Source: an uncultured Syntrophus sp. (GTDB lineage: Bacteria; Desulfobacterota; Syntrophorhabdia; Syntrophorhabdales; Syntrophorhabdaceae). From it: a stretch of 54,785 nucleotides of DNA. Each line of letters opens with the position of its first letter. The stretch's first letter is position 1. The translations under genes and the position numbers were made by a program. Of the stretch, positions 38,125-47,290 are shown piece after piece. The notes beneath the pieces are model-generated. The model was given only the letters and a program-made list of their open reading frames with translations, was not told the origin of the DNA and did no database searches. Where the stretch lies: positions 1 to 54,785 of the forward strand of contig CAZXVZ010000001.1 of the NCBI GenBank assembly GCA_964644085.1, written 5' to 3'.

Positions 38125-38859
38125 TTATTTGAAACGAATTATCTGCATTTTAGCAAGTCGGAATTTAAGTGCTGTCCATAAACATCCCAGACCGTATTTT
38201 ACACTTCTGGGAAAATTGATTGATGAAGCATCGGCATAATATTTAGTCGGACAGCTTACTTCAGCAATGATATACCTGTGCCAAATAATCTGTGCCAATA
38301 TCTGGTTGTCAAAGATAAAATCATGTGAGTTGATTTCGAAGGGTATTTTTTCTAACAGTTCCCTTGAAAAAGCCCGATAACCCGTGTGGTATTCAGAGAG
38401 CTTTGCCCCGAAGAGGATATTCTCCGTGAATGTTAGAAATCTGTTGGAAATATATCTCCAGATTGGCATTCCCCCTTCGAGGGCATAACCTCCTAATATT
38501 CTTGATGCCAGTACGCATTGATAAAGCCCATTTCCTATGAGGGAGGCCATAGCCGGAATAAGCTTGGGTGTATATTGATAGTCAGGATGTACCATGATTA
38601 TTATATCTCCGGATTCCTCCAGCGCAAGTCGATAACAGGATTTTTGGTTGGCTCCATACCCGAGATTTTTTTTGTGCACATATACTTTTGTGTTTGGCAG
38701 CGTGCGCGCAATCGCAGTTGTTTCATCACGGCTACCATCATCGACAATGATAACGAGGTCAACAATGCCCTGGTCCATTACCTCTTCATACGTTTTACGC
38801 AATGTGTTAGCAGCGTTGTATGCCGGCATAACGACAATTACTTTTTTATTTTTATACAT
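38125..38859 (-). CDS. Family 2 glycosyltransferase, polyprenyl-phosphate sugar synthase-like
   Basis: 244 aa with VIVVMPAYNAANTL, the DXD context IIVDDGSRDET and HPDYQY. It has no TM tail. Confidence 0.8.
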   Translation of the reverse strand: MYKNKKVIVVMPAYNAANTLRKTYEEVMDQGIVDLVIIVDDGSRDETTAIARTLPNTKVYVHKKNLGYGANQKSCYRLALEESGDIIIMVHPDYQYTPKLIPAMASLIGNGLYQCVLASRILGGYALEGGMPIWRYISNRFLTFTENILFGAKLSEYHTGYRAFSRELLEKIPFEINSHDFIFDNQILAQIIWHRYIIAEVSCPTKYYADASSINFPRSVKYGLGCLWTALKFRLAKMQIIRFK

Positions 38860-39065
38860 ATCTTAATCCTTACATTTAATTAACTTGTAAATCAATATTT
38901 TTTGGACAAATTAATGAATAATGTACCAAATAGTATTCGACAAAGAGTCATTTGGAAAATATAGAATCATCAATAACATAAAAAACATGAATCAGCATGA
39001 AAACCTTTTTAAACGTAAAATAGGAAATGTTTAATGGTCGTGGAAGTAATTATTATATTTTCTCG

Positions 39066-40988
39066 TCATTTACTTGAGTCTGCCAGGTTCTTCTGTATCT
39101 GTGAAATAAGATTTTTAAATTCAGGATCTATTTTATGCCCTAAGGCCACGGCAGCGTTAAAATGTCTTATCGAAGATTTATAGTCTTTTGAATAATAATA
39201 AAGAACAGAGAGATTATTGTGAACCTCGGGTAGATTTGGATTTATCTCAAGTGCATGCATGTAAAAAAAGATTGCCCTGGTGTACTGACCGGCATTTAAG
39301 TAAAGATTGCCAATGTAGTTACAGAAAGCTGTATCATCGGGATTATATACTATCGTTTCCAAACAAACCGGATAAGCATCGTCGTATTCTTGGAGTGTCA
39401 TATAGGCTTTGCACAGACGGTTATAACCGGCAGGATAATGTGAGGAAAAAGATACTGATTTCTTATACATCTCTACAGATAATGATTTGTCTTTTGACCA
39501 GTATATATCGCCAAGTATTATGTACGTGTTTGGTTGAGCCGTATTAATTTGAAGTGCTTTCTCGCAGTATGGCAGTGCTTTTTCAGGCTCATTTTTTGAG
39601 AAATAAACAGCACAAATGTTGGCATATGCACGTCCATACTGCGGATTAATCTCAATAACTGTCTGAAAGTTATGAAGCGCTTTGTCATATTCCTTGAGTG
39701 CAAAAAATTCGCTACCAAGGTTATTAAACGCCACATCGTTCTGAGGATAATGTTTCACCACATTTGACCAGAGAGATATACCGTCTTTCCATATCTTACA
39801 AAGATTCTGGGTAAGAAAGACCGATTGGATTATAATTGCTAAGGCAATGACGATAGTAATTATTTTCCAATAAAAATGATTTCTGAATGTTCTGTGCCAG
39901 GTCCATACGAAAAATTCTGAGACGACGTAGAAGATTCCTATGAGTGGAACATATGTATATCGGTCGGAAGCGACAGCAAGCCCTATGGGTAAAAGCTGTA
40001 TTACCGGAAGGAGCGTAATAAAGTAGAATGAACTGCCCCAGGCCACCTTTTTTGTATATCTTGCCGAATAAAAGACAGCCAAAGCGAGTGCAGAAAATAT
40101 TGCCGGTGCAGCTATATACTGGAAATGTGAAAAAAGATTGCCATCAATAGGGTACCTGTAAAGGGCTGCAAGTTTCAGCGGAAAAATCATTTTAAAGAGA
40201 TAAAAAATATATCCATGAAATGCCACAATGATGCTTATAGGAAAGGAAAAAACAGATTCCGAATGTGTCGCTGGTTGCTGGGCAAATAATGTGACAACAC
40301 CGGAGAGGATAGAGAAAATGAAAAAGGGTATTTTTTCAACGATGGTGCGATAGCCAATTTTTCTATCTCTTATATAATCCATGGTGAAAAGCACAAGAGG
40401 AAGAGTAACAGCCATTGGTTTAGAAAGGATCGACAGGAGAAAGAAAAACAATGTAAAAAGATAGTACTTACGTTCAGATTTTTTCTCCAGATATGAAAGA
40501 TAACAGATAAGCGAAATTATGTAAAAAAAGGTATAGAGGACATCTTTTCTCTCTGATATCCATGCGACGGATTCGACGTGCAGGGGGTGAATCCCGAAGA
40601 GCAGTCCGGTGATAAAGGCAACAGGAATACTGCGACTTAGACGCAGGATGAAGAAAAAAACGACAACGCAATTAAGGAGGTGCAATATCAGATTCACCGC
40701 ATGATAAGGGATTGGGTTCAATTTGAAGAAAAAGTATTCCCAGGCGTATGAAATAATGACAAGGGGATGATAATTACCCATGACAGGGGTAGTTAAAATA
40801 GCCTTTAAATTGTCCATTGAGATGTTTTTAATGAGGTAATTTTTTAGGATATAGACTTCATCATCCCAGACGAAACCGTTCTTCAAGCATGGAGAGTAGG
40901 CTATTGCAGTAATAATAATGATAAAGCAGATCGCAAGAGATAAAATCAGGTATCTCTTGTTTTTGACTATGCCGTTCAAATGTCGCAT
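39066..40988 (-). CDS. PMT/TMTC-like polytopic O-glycosyltransferase with C-terminal TPR repeats
   Basis: 640 aa. The first-loop motif is FVWDDEVYILKN. About 10 TM segments follow, including HPLHVESVAWISERKD. The C-terminal TPR array includes EYDKALHNFQTVIEINPQY... Confidence 0.7.
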   Translation of the reverse strand: MRHLNGIVKNKRYLILSLAICFIIIITAIAYSPCLKNGFVWDDEVYILKNYLIKNISMDNLKAILTTPVMGNYHPLVIISYAWEYFFFKLNPIPYHAVNLILHLLNCVVVFFFILRLSRSIPVAFITGLLFGIHPLHVESVAWISERKDVLYTFFYIISLICYLSYLEKKSERKYYLFTLFFFLLSILSKPMAVTLPLVLFTMDYIRDRKIGYRTIVEKIPFFIFSILSGVVTLFAQQPATHSESVFSFPISIIVAFHGYIFYLFKMIFPLKLAALYRYPIDGNLFSHFQYIAAPAIFSALALAVFYSARYTKKVAWGSSFYFITLLPVIQLLPIGLAVASDRYTYVPLIGIFYVVSEFFVWTWHRTFRNHFYWKIITIVIALAIIIQSVFLTQNLCKIWKDGISLWSNVVKHYPQNDVAFNNLGSEFFALKEYDKALHNFQTVIEINPQYGRAYANICAVYFSKNEPEKALPYCEKALQINTAQPNTYIILGDIYWSKDKSLSVEMYKKSVSFSSHYPAGYNRLCKAYMTLQEYDDAYPVCLETIVYNPDDTAFCNYIGNLYLNAGQYTRAIFFYMHALEINPNLPEVHNNLSVLYYYSKDYKSSIRHFNAAVALGHKIDPEFKNLISQIQKNLADSSK

Positions 40989-41196
40989 TATTATTTTATC
41001 GTCAGTTATTATACTAAAAAAAAGAAAAGTACTCTAAATTTGTTTCAAAAATGGTGACAAAAATCATTACCAGGAACCTCTTTTTTTATGATAAAATCAA
41101 GCATATGTATTACAATGTATATCCAACATAGCGGAATAAAAAGAGTTTTTAAATACAATGACATGCCGAACAAAGATAATCTATTTTTTTAAAAAA

Positions 41197-41212
41197 TGTG
41201 ACAAATATCACT
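41197..41212. promoter_or_regulatory. CRP/FNR-family-type palindrome upstream of pilA
   Basis: TGTGA-CAAATA-TCACT matches 9 of 10 positions of TGTGA-N6-TCACA. It abuts a sigma-70-like promoter (TTTACA-16 nt-TGtTAAACT, 41212-41239). This places the site centre near -41/-42 of the predicted start. Confidence 0.3.
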
Positions 41213-41221
41213 TTACATTGT

Positions 41222-41247
41222 TAATGAATATGTTAAACTACCGATAA
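41222..41247 (+). promoter_or_regulatory. Sigma-28-like element ahead of pilA (alternative to or overlapping the sigma-70-like promoter)
   Basis: TAAT-N16-CGATAA (TAATGAATATGTTAAACTACCGATAA). The -10 element CCGATAA is identical to those of the cheB and 12376 sigma-28 promoters in this window. It ends 39 nt upstream of the ATG. Confidence 0.35.
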
Positions 41248-41285
41248 TGGTATTACTACATATTTTATTCTAATGGAGGTGTTTT

Positions 41286-41744
41286 ATGTTGCAGATTCAC
41301 AGGAACAAAAAAGGTTTTACGTTGATTGAGTTGCTTATTGTTATCGCCATCATCGGTATCCTCGCGGCGATAGCGCTCCCCGCTTATTTGGACTACGCGA
41401 AAAAGTCGCGTCTTACGGAGGCATTCAACACGATAGGCGCTGTAAAGACAGGCCTTGTTGCGTATAGTACAGAGCGGTCAGACACAACGAACTTTGGCAC
41501 CCTCGCAGGAATAGCTGAAGTACAAAATGCTTCAGGCGTATCGATTCCCACAAAATATATTCAAAATATGTCAGCCGTTGGTCAGACCAGTGGGGCGCCG
41601 TATATATCGATACAGACGACGTTGAACGGAATAGATAGCGCTATCAATGGTTCAACGCTCAGCATGAATGCAAACGATGTAAATCTTCAAACTTGGTCAT
41701 GGACTGGTGGTAGTTTACCAGCTAAGTTTCAGCCCAAGAACTAA
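41286..41744 (+). CDS. pilA: Type IV major pilin (cysteine-free)
   Basis: 152 aa. The class III signal is [10 protein letters not shown]|[24 protein letters not shown] (Gly-1, Phe+1, Glu+5). A GGAGG ribosome-binding site is upstream and a strong terminator is downstream. Confidence 0.9.
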   Translation: MLQIHRNKKGFTLIELLIVIAIIGILAAIALPAYLDYAKKSRLTEAFNTIGAVKTGLVAYSTERSDTTNFGTLAGIAEVQNASGVSIPTKYIQNMSAVGQTSGAPYISIQTTLNGIDSAINGSTLSMNANDVNLQTWSWTGGSLPAKFQPKN

Positions 41745-41761
41745 TTACTGCTCATGAGAAT

Positions 41762-41787
41762 AAAAGGGGGCTTCGGCCCCCTTTTTT
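41762..41787 (+). terminator. Rho-independent terminator after pilA
   Basis: AAAAGGGGGC-TTCG-GCCCCCTTTTTT: a 6-bp GC stem extendable with A:U pairs, a UUCG tetraloop and a T6 run. Confidence 0.85.
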
Positions 41788-41811
41788 GAGCCTGATAATT
41801 TTGGGGAGTGT

Positions 41812-42180
41812 ATGGGACAAAACGGATTCACCCTTATTGAACTGATTATTGCCATGCTGGTTCTTTTTTCTATTACGGTCATTGCACTGCCCATGCGCGC
41901 CGTGCAGGTAAAAAAGTCAGAACAGGTCCGCGCGAAGGTACAGCTCATGACCATTAAGGAATCCCAGGAAAAGTACAAAATGGAACACGGGAAATACACT
42001 TCGGACACCACGAAGCTCGCGGGCTGGAAGGCGGGCACGAAAAAATACCGGTTTGACGTGGCCTATGCTGACAGATCCCGTTTTATGGTTCAGGCGCATG
42101 GTGACACCGATTTTGATAAGGTCTATGACGATGATATATGGACCATTGACCAGAGCGGAACGCTTAAGCAGATAAGATGA
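41812..42180 (+). CDS. Small prepilin-type protein (pilin/pseudopilin-like, 122 aa)
   Basis: MGQNG|FTLIELIIAMLVLFSITVIALP is a prepilin cleavage/methylation motif with Glu+5. Confidence 0.8.
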   Translation: MGQNGFTLIELIIAMLVLFSITVIALPMRAVQVKKSEQVRAKVQLMTIKESQEKYKMEHGKYTSDTTKLAGWKAGTKKYRFDVAYADRSRFMVQAHGDTDFDKVYDDDIWTIDQSGTLKQIR

Positions 42181-42192
42181 CGCGGGGAGAAG

Positions 42193-42969
42193 ATGGATTA
42201 TCTGACCCCTATAATAATTTTCATATTCGGCGCCGCCATCGGCAGCTTTCTCAACGTCTGCATATACCGGCTGCCGCGTAGTAAATCTATCATAAGACCG
42301 AACTCATTCTGTCCGGCCTGCGAAAGACCGATAAAATTCTATGATAATATTCCTATCGTGAGCTACATTATCCTCGGCGGGAAATGCCGCCACTGCGGCG
42401 CGAAGATTTCCAGGAGATATCCCTTTGTTGAATTGATAACGGCGATACTGTTTCTGATTTTTTACCGCCGGTTCGGATTGTCCTATGAATTGCTTGCCTG
42501 CATGATATTTGTTTCACTCCTTATAACCATATCTTTCATTGACTATGACTTCCAGATTATCCCCGATGTGCTGAGCATCGGCGGATTGGTTCTGGGATTA
42601 TTAATAGCTTTTATACGGCCCGGTTTCCGGTTTATGGATGCTTTCTACGGTGTGCTCATCGGGGGCGGGGTGCTTTTTATCATTGCCTACGGATACCAGT
42701 TGATCGCGAGAAGGGAAGGCATGGGTGGAGGAGACATAAAGCTTCTTGCCATGATCGGTTCCTTCACGGGTTTCAAGGGTGTTCTCTTTTCTCTCATCGG
42801 AGGGTCCATCATCGGGAGCCTCGTGGGCATACCCCTTATGCTCATGAAGAAGGAAAATATGAAATACGCCATACCCTTCGGGCCTTTTCTCTCGCTTGCG
42901 GCGCTCATATTTCTCTTTACAGGGGACAGGTTCATGGACGCCTTGTTTCATTTTATTCTGGGGCGATAA
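42193..42969 (+). CDS. pilD: Prepilin peptidase / N-methyltransferase (A24 family)
   Basis: 258 aa. The Cys motifs are CPACERP...CRHCGAK. The catalytic Asp contexts are SFIDYDFQIIPD and GGGDIKLLAMIG. Confidence 0.95.
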   Translation: MDYLTPIIIFIFGAAIGSFLNVCIYRLPRSKSIIRPNSFCPACERPIKFYDNIPIVSYIILGGKCRHCGAKISRRYPFVELITAILFLIFYRRFGLSYELLACMIFVSLLITISFIDYDFQIIPDVLSIGGLVLGLLIAFIRPGFRFMDAFYGVLIGGGVLFIIAYGYQLIARREGMGGGDIKLLAMIGSFTGFKGVLFSLIGGSIIGSLVGIPLMLMKKENMKYAIPFGPFLSLAALIFLFTGDRFMDALFHFILGR

Positions 42970-43048
42970 TGTGAAAACGGGGAGGATAATTTTGGGTGTT
43001 GATTGTATGGAGAAACGAAGTGTTGATAGAAGAGGAGGAAATGTAAGG

Positions 43049-43354
43049 ATGAAAAATTTCATGAGTAAAAAGATGGGGATTGTCCTTGTTTCCTTTGCGC
43101 TTATAGCCTTTTGTGCGCAAGCGAGTCTTGCCGATGACGGATTGTCTTTAACCGGTGTTGTCAGATCAGTTGACAGCGCGACCGGAATTATCAGTGTGGA
43201 CGTGACATCGGAAGGGTGCAGGGGTGTAAGGACATTTAAGGTACCTGATACCGTTAAAGGAGATTTGAACGCGTCATTCGTCGGCAAGAAACTCAACTTC
43301 AAAATCGATGGTGTTATTTGTGAGCGCGGAAGGATATATAACATAATATTTTAG
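43049..43354 (+). CDS. Small secreted protein of unknown function (101 aa)
   Basis: A GAGGAGGA site lies upstream of the ATG at 43049. It has a signal-peptide-like N-terminus (MGIVLVSFALIAFCAQASLADD). The mature part looks beta-rich and has 2 Cys. Confidence 0.5.
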   Translation: MKNFMSKKMGIVLVSFALIAFCAQASLADDGLSLTGVVRSVDSATGIISVDVTSEGCRGVRTFKVPDTVKGDLNASFVGKKLNFKIDGVICERGRIYNIIF

Positions 43355-43366
43355 CGAGGAGCAGCC

Positions 43367-46300
43367 ATGAAGAAACTTTTTCATATAATTTTACTTTCCC
43401 TGGTATTACTGGTGAGCCCCTCCTTTTCGGAGGCGCAGACTATGGATAATTATTGCCAGATACCGTCTTCTATCAGCGCTCCTGTACCACCCAATGTAAT
43501 GTTTTTGATTGATACCAGCGGGAGCATGTCGTGGTGCGCTTATACAGGAGATTCCTGCAGCACAGTCGCATATCCGTATTCAGCGACCACCACATATGAA
43601 GGATACTTTGATCCTGAGAAGTATTACGCCCCCGATGGAAGCGGCGTATATGTCGAGGTCACACCTACGGGACTTCCCTGCGTGAAGACGTGTGTTGATT
43701 GGAAATGCTATAATTGGCCTTTCGGTGCCGAATGCGACTATACTCCGGGAACCCATAGCTGCAGTTCCAAGAAGTATGCATGCTGCCAGAGTTACACACA
43801 GTCCGGGGATTGCGGCGTGGAGACGGGCAATTATCTCAATTATCTCCACATGAGAAGAATTGATGTCCTCAGGTGGGCGCTAACGGGAGGTAAACCCGAT
43901 AGCTGCGATAATGAGACGGACACGAAGTGTAATCCTGACCTCTATCTCGATCCTAAACCTGACCAGTTAAGCTGCGACGCCACAGGCTGCATCCTGAGGG
44001 CTTACGACGGGACAAAGGTGAAGGCCCGGTATGACAGGATAGACGGGGTCAACGGCGGTCTTCTGTATCAACTCAAATTTGACCTTGAAACAAAACCATA
44101 TATCGGCGCCATGTTTTTTAATAACAATGGTATAGTAAAAACGGTTTATATCGGCGATTTCACCGCTTCAAACGAAATTGATACGATGAGTCCCTTTAAA
44201 AACGTTATCACTTCGGTCAATTATCAGCCTGTTGGAGGTTCCACCCCAACGGGGCCCGTCATGTGGGATGCCCTCAACTACTACGCGCAGAATGACTCAA
44301 GATATGGGGGACCGGCGCCGCAGACAGGTTTAGGTTCAGAGTGGAAGAACCCCATGAACCGCTGCTTTGACACGAACCTGAGCGGTGACTGTCAAGGGAG
44401 CGAGTATCAGTTCGTTCCCTGCTCAAAGAATTTTGTTATCCTCATGACTGACGGTCAGTGGAACAGGGGAGGGTATCCGGTCAATTCCTATTGCAAAATA
44501 GATGGCGATACCATAGAGACTGAATCGCCTGACCCTGTGGTGGCAGCGTACAAAATGCATAAAATCGGATTTACGAATGTCGCGGCCATTCCCCCCACCA
44601 CGAGTTACGTGGAGTCGGTTTATACTGTTGGTCTCTGGCTCGGCGGGACTGGCGAGCAGTCTTTAAAAAATGTGGCAATGTACGGCTCCTTCAACAGGTC
44701 AAATACGTGGCCCGGCGGCACGAGCGGGTATCCCCTGGACACCTGCAGCCCCGTCAATGATTGCTGTAACACCGCCGACTGCGGAAAGGGAAGTCCGTGC
44801 ACCGCTTTGCCGGCATCTTCTCCGGATTGGGATTCAAATGGCGATGGAATTCCGGACACCTTCTTCAAAGCGGATGATGCGGCGGGAATTAAGGCCAAGA
44901 TCGCGGAAATTATCCTGGAGATCATGCGCCGTGTCTCTTCGGGCAGCGCCGTTTCCATTCTTTCCTCCAGCGAAGGTACGGGAGCCAACCTCCTGCAGGC
45001 CGTGTACTATCCGAGAAAGGCATTCGGTGCCACGGAGATAGAATGGATCGGAGAGATGCAGAACCTGTGGTATTACGTTGATCCTTATCTCGCAAGTTCC
45101 ACCATACGGGAGGATACAAATATTGTAGACGGCGCAGACGGAAAAAACATACTCAACCTCAGTGATGATTATGTTTTAGAATTGTATTTTGATCCTCTCG
45201 ATGGTAAAACAAAAGCGAAGAGATACTCCACCGACAACGAAGGCGGGAGCAAAACCTATATTGATACGGTACAACTCGACGATATAAAAAATCTCTATGA
45301 GATAGGATCAGTGTTGTTTAACAGGACATCCTCCAGGACAGTTTACACAACAACAGATGAAAGCACCTTTATAGATTTTTCAACGGCAAATAAATCAACA
45401 TTGAGGGATTATCTGCAGGCGGCAGACGATACCGAGTCGGAAAAGATCATAGACTACGTGCACGGGATAGACCAGGCAGGATATCGAAGCAGGACCGTAA
45501 CAATAGACGGCACAACCGCTGTATGGAAGCTCGGAGATATAGTAAACTCATCGCCGCGCATGCAGTCTTCAGTGCCCTTGAACAGCTATTACAAGTCTCC
45601 GCCGGACGGCTATTCGGATACAACATATCGCGCGTATATCGACAGCAGCATGTACAAAGAACGAGGAATGTCCTACATAGGCGCTAACGATGGAATGTTG
45701 CACGCCTTCAAGCACGGTATTCTTGAACAGGTCTGGTCAACCCCTTCGCCCCAGCAGAGCGATGAAAAGGCCAGATTAAGAAACCCTGACGGGACAACTC
45801 CTCTCGGTACGGAGATCTGGACTTACATCCCGAAAAATACCCTTCCCTACCTGAAATACCTCGCTGATCCTGATTACTGCCACCTTTTTTCCGTAGATGG
45901 ATCAGCTATTATGTTTGACGCGAGCATTGAGAATGTTGACACAACGAACGGAACCACACCTGATGATTATTCTAATGACACAAAGACGCAGGCAAGCTGG
46001 AAAACTGTCCTCATAGGCGGAATGGGTTTAGGCGGCGCCAGCAAGATTACAGGCCATTCGTGCACGACCGGTGCCTCAGGAACCTGCGTCAAAACACCGA
46101 GGACTGACCCTGCTGACGCGACAAAAGGATTGGGTTATTCTTCCTATTTTGCTATTGATATTACCAATCCTGACAGTCCGTCGCTCTTGTGGGAGTTCTC
46201 AAACCCTAATCTGGGTTTTTCCACGTCAGGCCCTGCTGTTGTGAGGATCGGTGACGCGTCGAAGAACGGTAAATGGTTCGCGGTTTTTGCCTCCGGTCCT

Positions 46301-47290
46301 ACCGGCCCGCTAGATACGATTGAGCGCCAGTTCCTCGGGAAATCCGACCAGAATTTGAGGCTTTTTATCCTTGATCTGAAAACAGGTAATCTATTGAGAA
46401 CGATAGATACGGGTATAGCGGAGGCTTTTGGCGGTTCTCTCTATAACGGCACCATCGATACGGACAAGGGAGACATCACATCAGGCGGACGTTACAAGGA
46501 TGACGCGATCTACCTTGGTTATACAAAAAAGGATTCAACAACATGGACCAAAGGTGGAGTTATAAGAATACTCACAAGGGAAAGCGATAACCCCGCTGAT
46601 TGGGTATGGAGCCACGTCATAGAAAATATCGGTCCTGTAACGAGTGCTGTCACGAAGCTTCAGGACAGAAATAAGAAGAACCTATGGCTCTATTTCGGAT
46701 CGGGAAGGTTTTTCTACAGACTGCAATCCGGGGTGGACGACGTGAACGGGCTGCGGTCTATTTATGGAGTGAGGGAGCCCTGTTATAATGATACAACAGG
46801 ATTACCGCCGGGGCCGGTCAATGATATCAACCCGAATTGCACGAAAACAGTAACTACAGGGCTGGAAGACCAGTCCGAAGACGCGCCCGATGCCACACTT
46901 CCTACAGGATCAACAGGATGGTACATTAATCTTGCCGCCACAAGCGGGAACGATGGCGCGGAAAGGGTCATCACAGATCCATACGCGGTATCCTCCGGCG
47001 CGGTCTTTTTTACCACCTACACTCCCTCGACTGATGTATGCGCCGAGGGTGGGAGTACGGCCATCTGGGCAGTGAAGTACGATACCGGCGGTGTGGTCTA
47101 TTTATCGGGCATGGCCCTTACCCAGGTATCAACCGGGGCCATTCATGAATTACCCTTGAAGACCGTCTTTACACAAAGGGGGAACAGGAGGACCGCTCTG
47201 ATGACAGGTATGCCTCCCAAAGGGCAGGGCCTGTCAATTCTCATCGGCCCCAAGCCAATAAGGAAAATATTGCACATGAAGGAAAAATGA
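43367..47290 (+). CDS. pilY1: PilY1-family pilus tip protein with an N-terminal vWA domain
   Basis: 1,307 aa with a signal peptide. The MIDAS-type motif is FLIDTSGSMSW. PilY1 hallmark stretches WKLGDIVNSSP and YIGANDGMLHAF are present in a C-terminal propeller-like region. Confidence 0.9.
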   Translation: MKKLFHIILLSLVLLVSPSFSEAQTMDNYCQIPSSISAPVPPNVMFLIDTSGSMSWCAYTGDSCSTVAYPYSATTTYEGYFDPEKYYAPDGSGVYVEVTPTGLPCVKTCVDWKCYNWPFGAECDYTPGTHSCSSKKYACCQSYTQSGDCGVETGNYLNYLHMRRIDVLRWALTGGKPDSCDNETDTKCNPDLYLDPKPDQLSCDATGCILRAYDGTKVKARYDRIDGVNGGLLYQLKFDLETKPYIGAMFFNNNGIVKTVYIGDFTASNEIDTMSPFKNVITSVNYQPVGGSTPTGPVMWDALNYYAQNDSRYGGPAPQTGLGSEWKNPMNRCFDTNLSGDCQGSEYQFVPCSKNFVILMTDGQWNRGGYPVNSYCKIDGDTIETESPDPVVAAYKMHKIGFTNVAAIPPTTSYVESVYTVGLWLGGTGEQSLKNVAMYGSFNRSNTWPGGTSGYPLDTCSPVNDCCNTADCGKGSPCTALPASSPDWDSNGDGIPDTFFKADDAAGIKAKIAEIILEIMRRVSSGSAVSILSSSEGTGANLLQAVYYPRKAFGATEIEWIGEMQNLWYYVDPYLASSTIREDTNIVDGADGKNILNLSDDYVLELYFDPLDGKTKAKRYSTDNEGGSKTYIDTVQLDDIKNLYEIGSVLFNRTSSRTVYTTTDESTFIDFSTANKSTLRDYLQAADDTESEKIIDYVHGIDQAGYRSRTVTIDGTTAVWKLGDIVNSSPRMQSSVPLNSYYKSPPDGYSDTTYRAYIDSSMYKERGMSYIGANDGMLHAFKHGILEQVWSTPSPQQSDEKARLRNPDGTTPLGTEIWTYIPKNTLPYLKYLADPDYCHLFSVDGSAIMFDASIENVDTTNGTTPDDYSNDTKTQASWKTVLIGGMGLGGASKITGHSCTTGASGTCVKTPRTDPADATKGLGYSSYFAIDITNPDSPSLLWEFSNPNLGFSTSGPAVVRIGDASKNGKWFAVFASGPTGPLDTIERQFLGKSDQNLRLFILDLKTGNLLRTIDTGIAEAFGGSLYNGTIDTDKGDITSGGRYKDDAIYLGYTKKDSTTWTKGGVIRILTRESDNPADWVWSHVIENIGPVTSAVTKLQDRNKKNLWLYFGSGRFFYRLQSGVDDVNGLRSIYGVREPCYNDTTGLPPGPVNDINPNCTKTVTTGLEDQSEDAPDATLPTGSTGWYINLAATSGNDGAERVITDPYAVSSGAVFFTTYTPSTDVCAEGGSTAIWAVKYDTGGVVYLSGMALTQVSTGAIHELPLKTVFTQRGNRRTALMTGMPPKGQGLSILIGPKPIRKILHMKEK

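Noticed and set aside
41248-41263. TGGTATTACTACAT as a possible sigma-54 -24/-12 promoter for pilA.
   Set aside because: GG is present, but the position where GC of the -12 element must fall reads TA. It does not fit TGGCAC-N5-TTGC.
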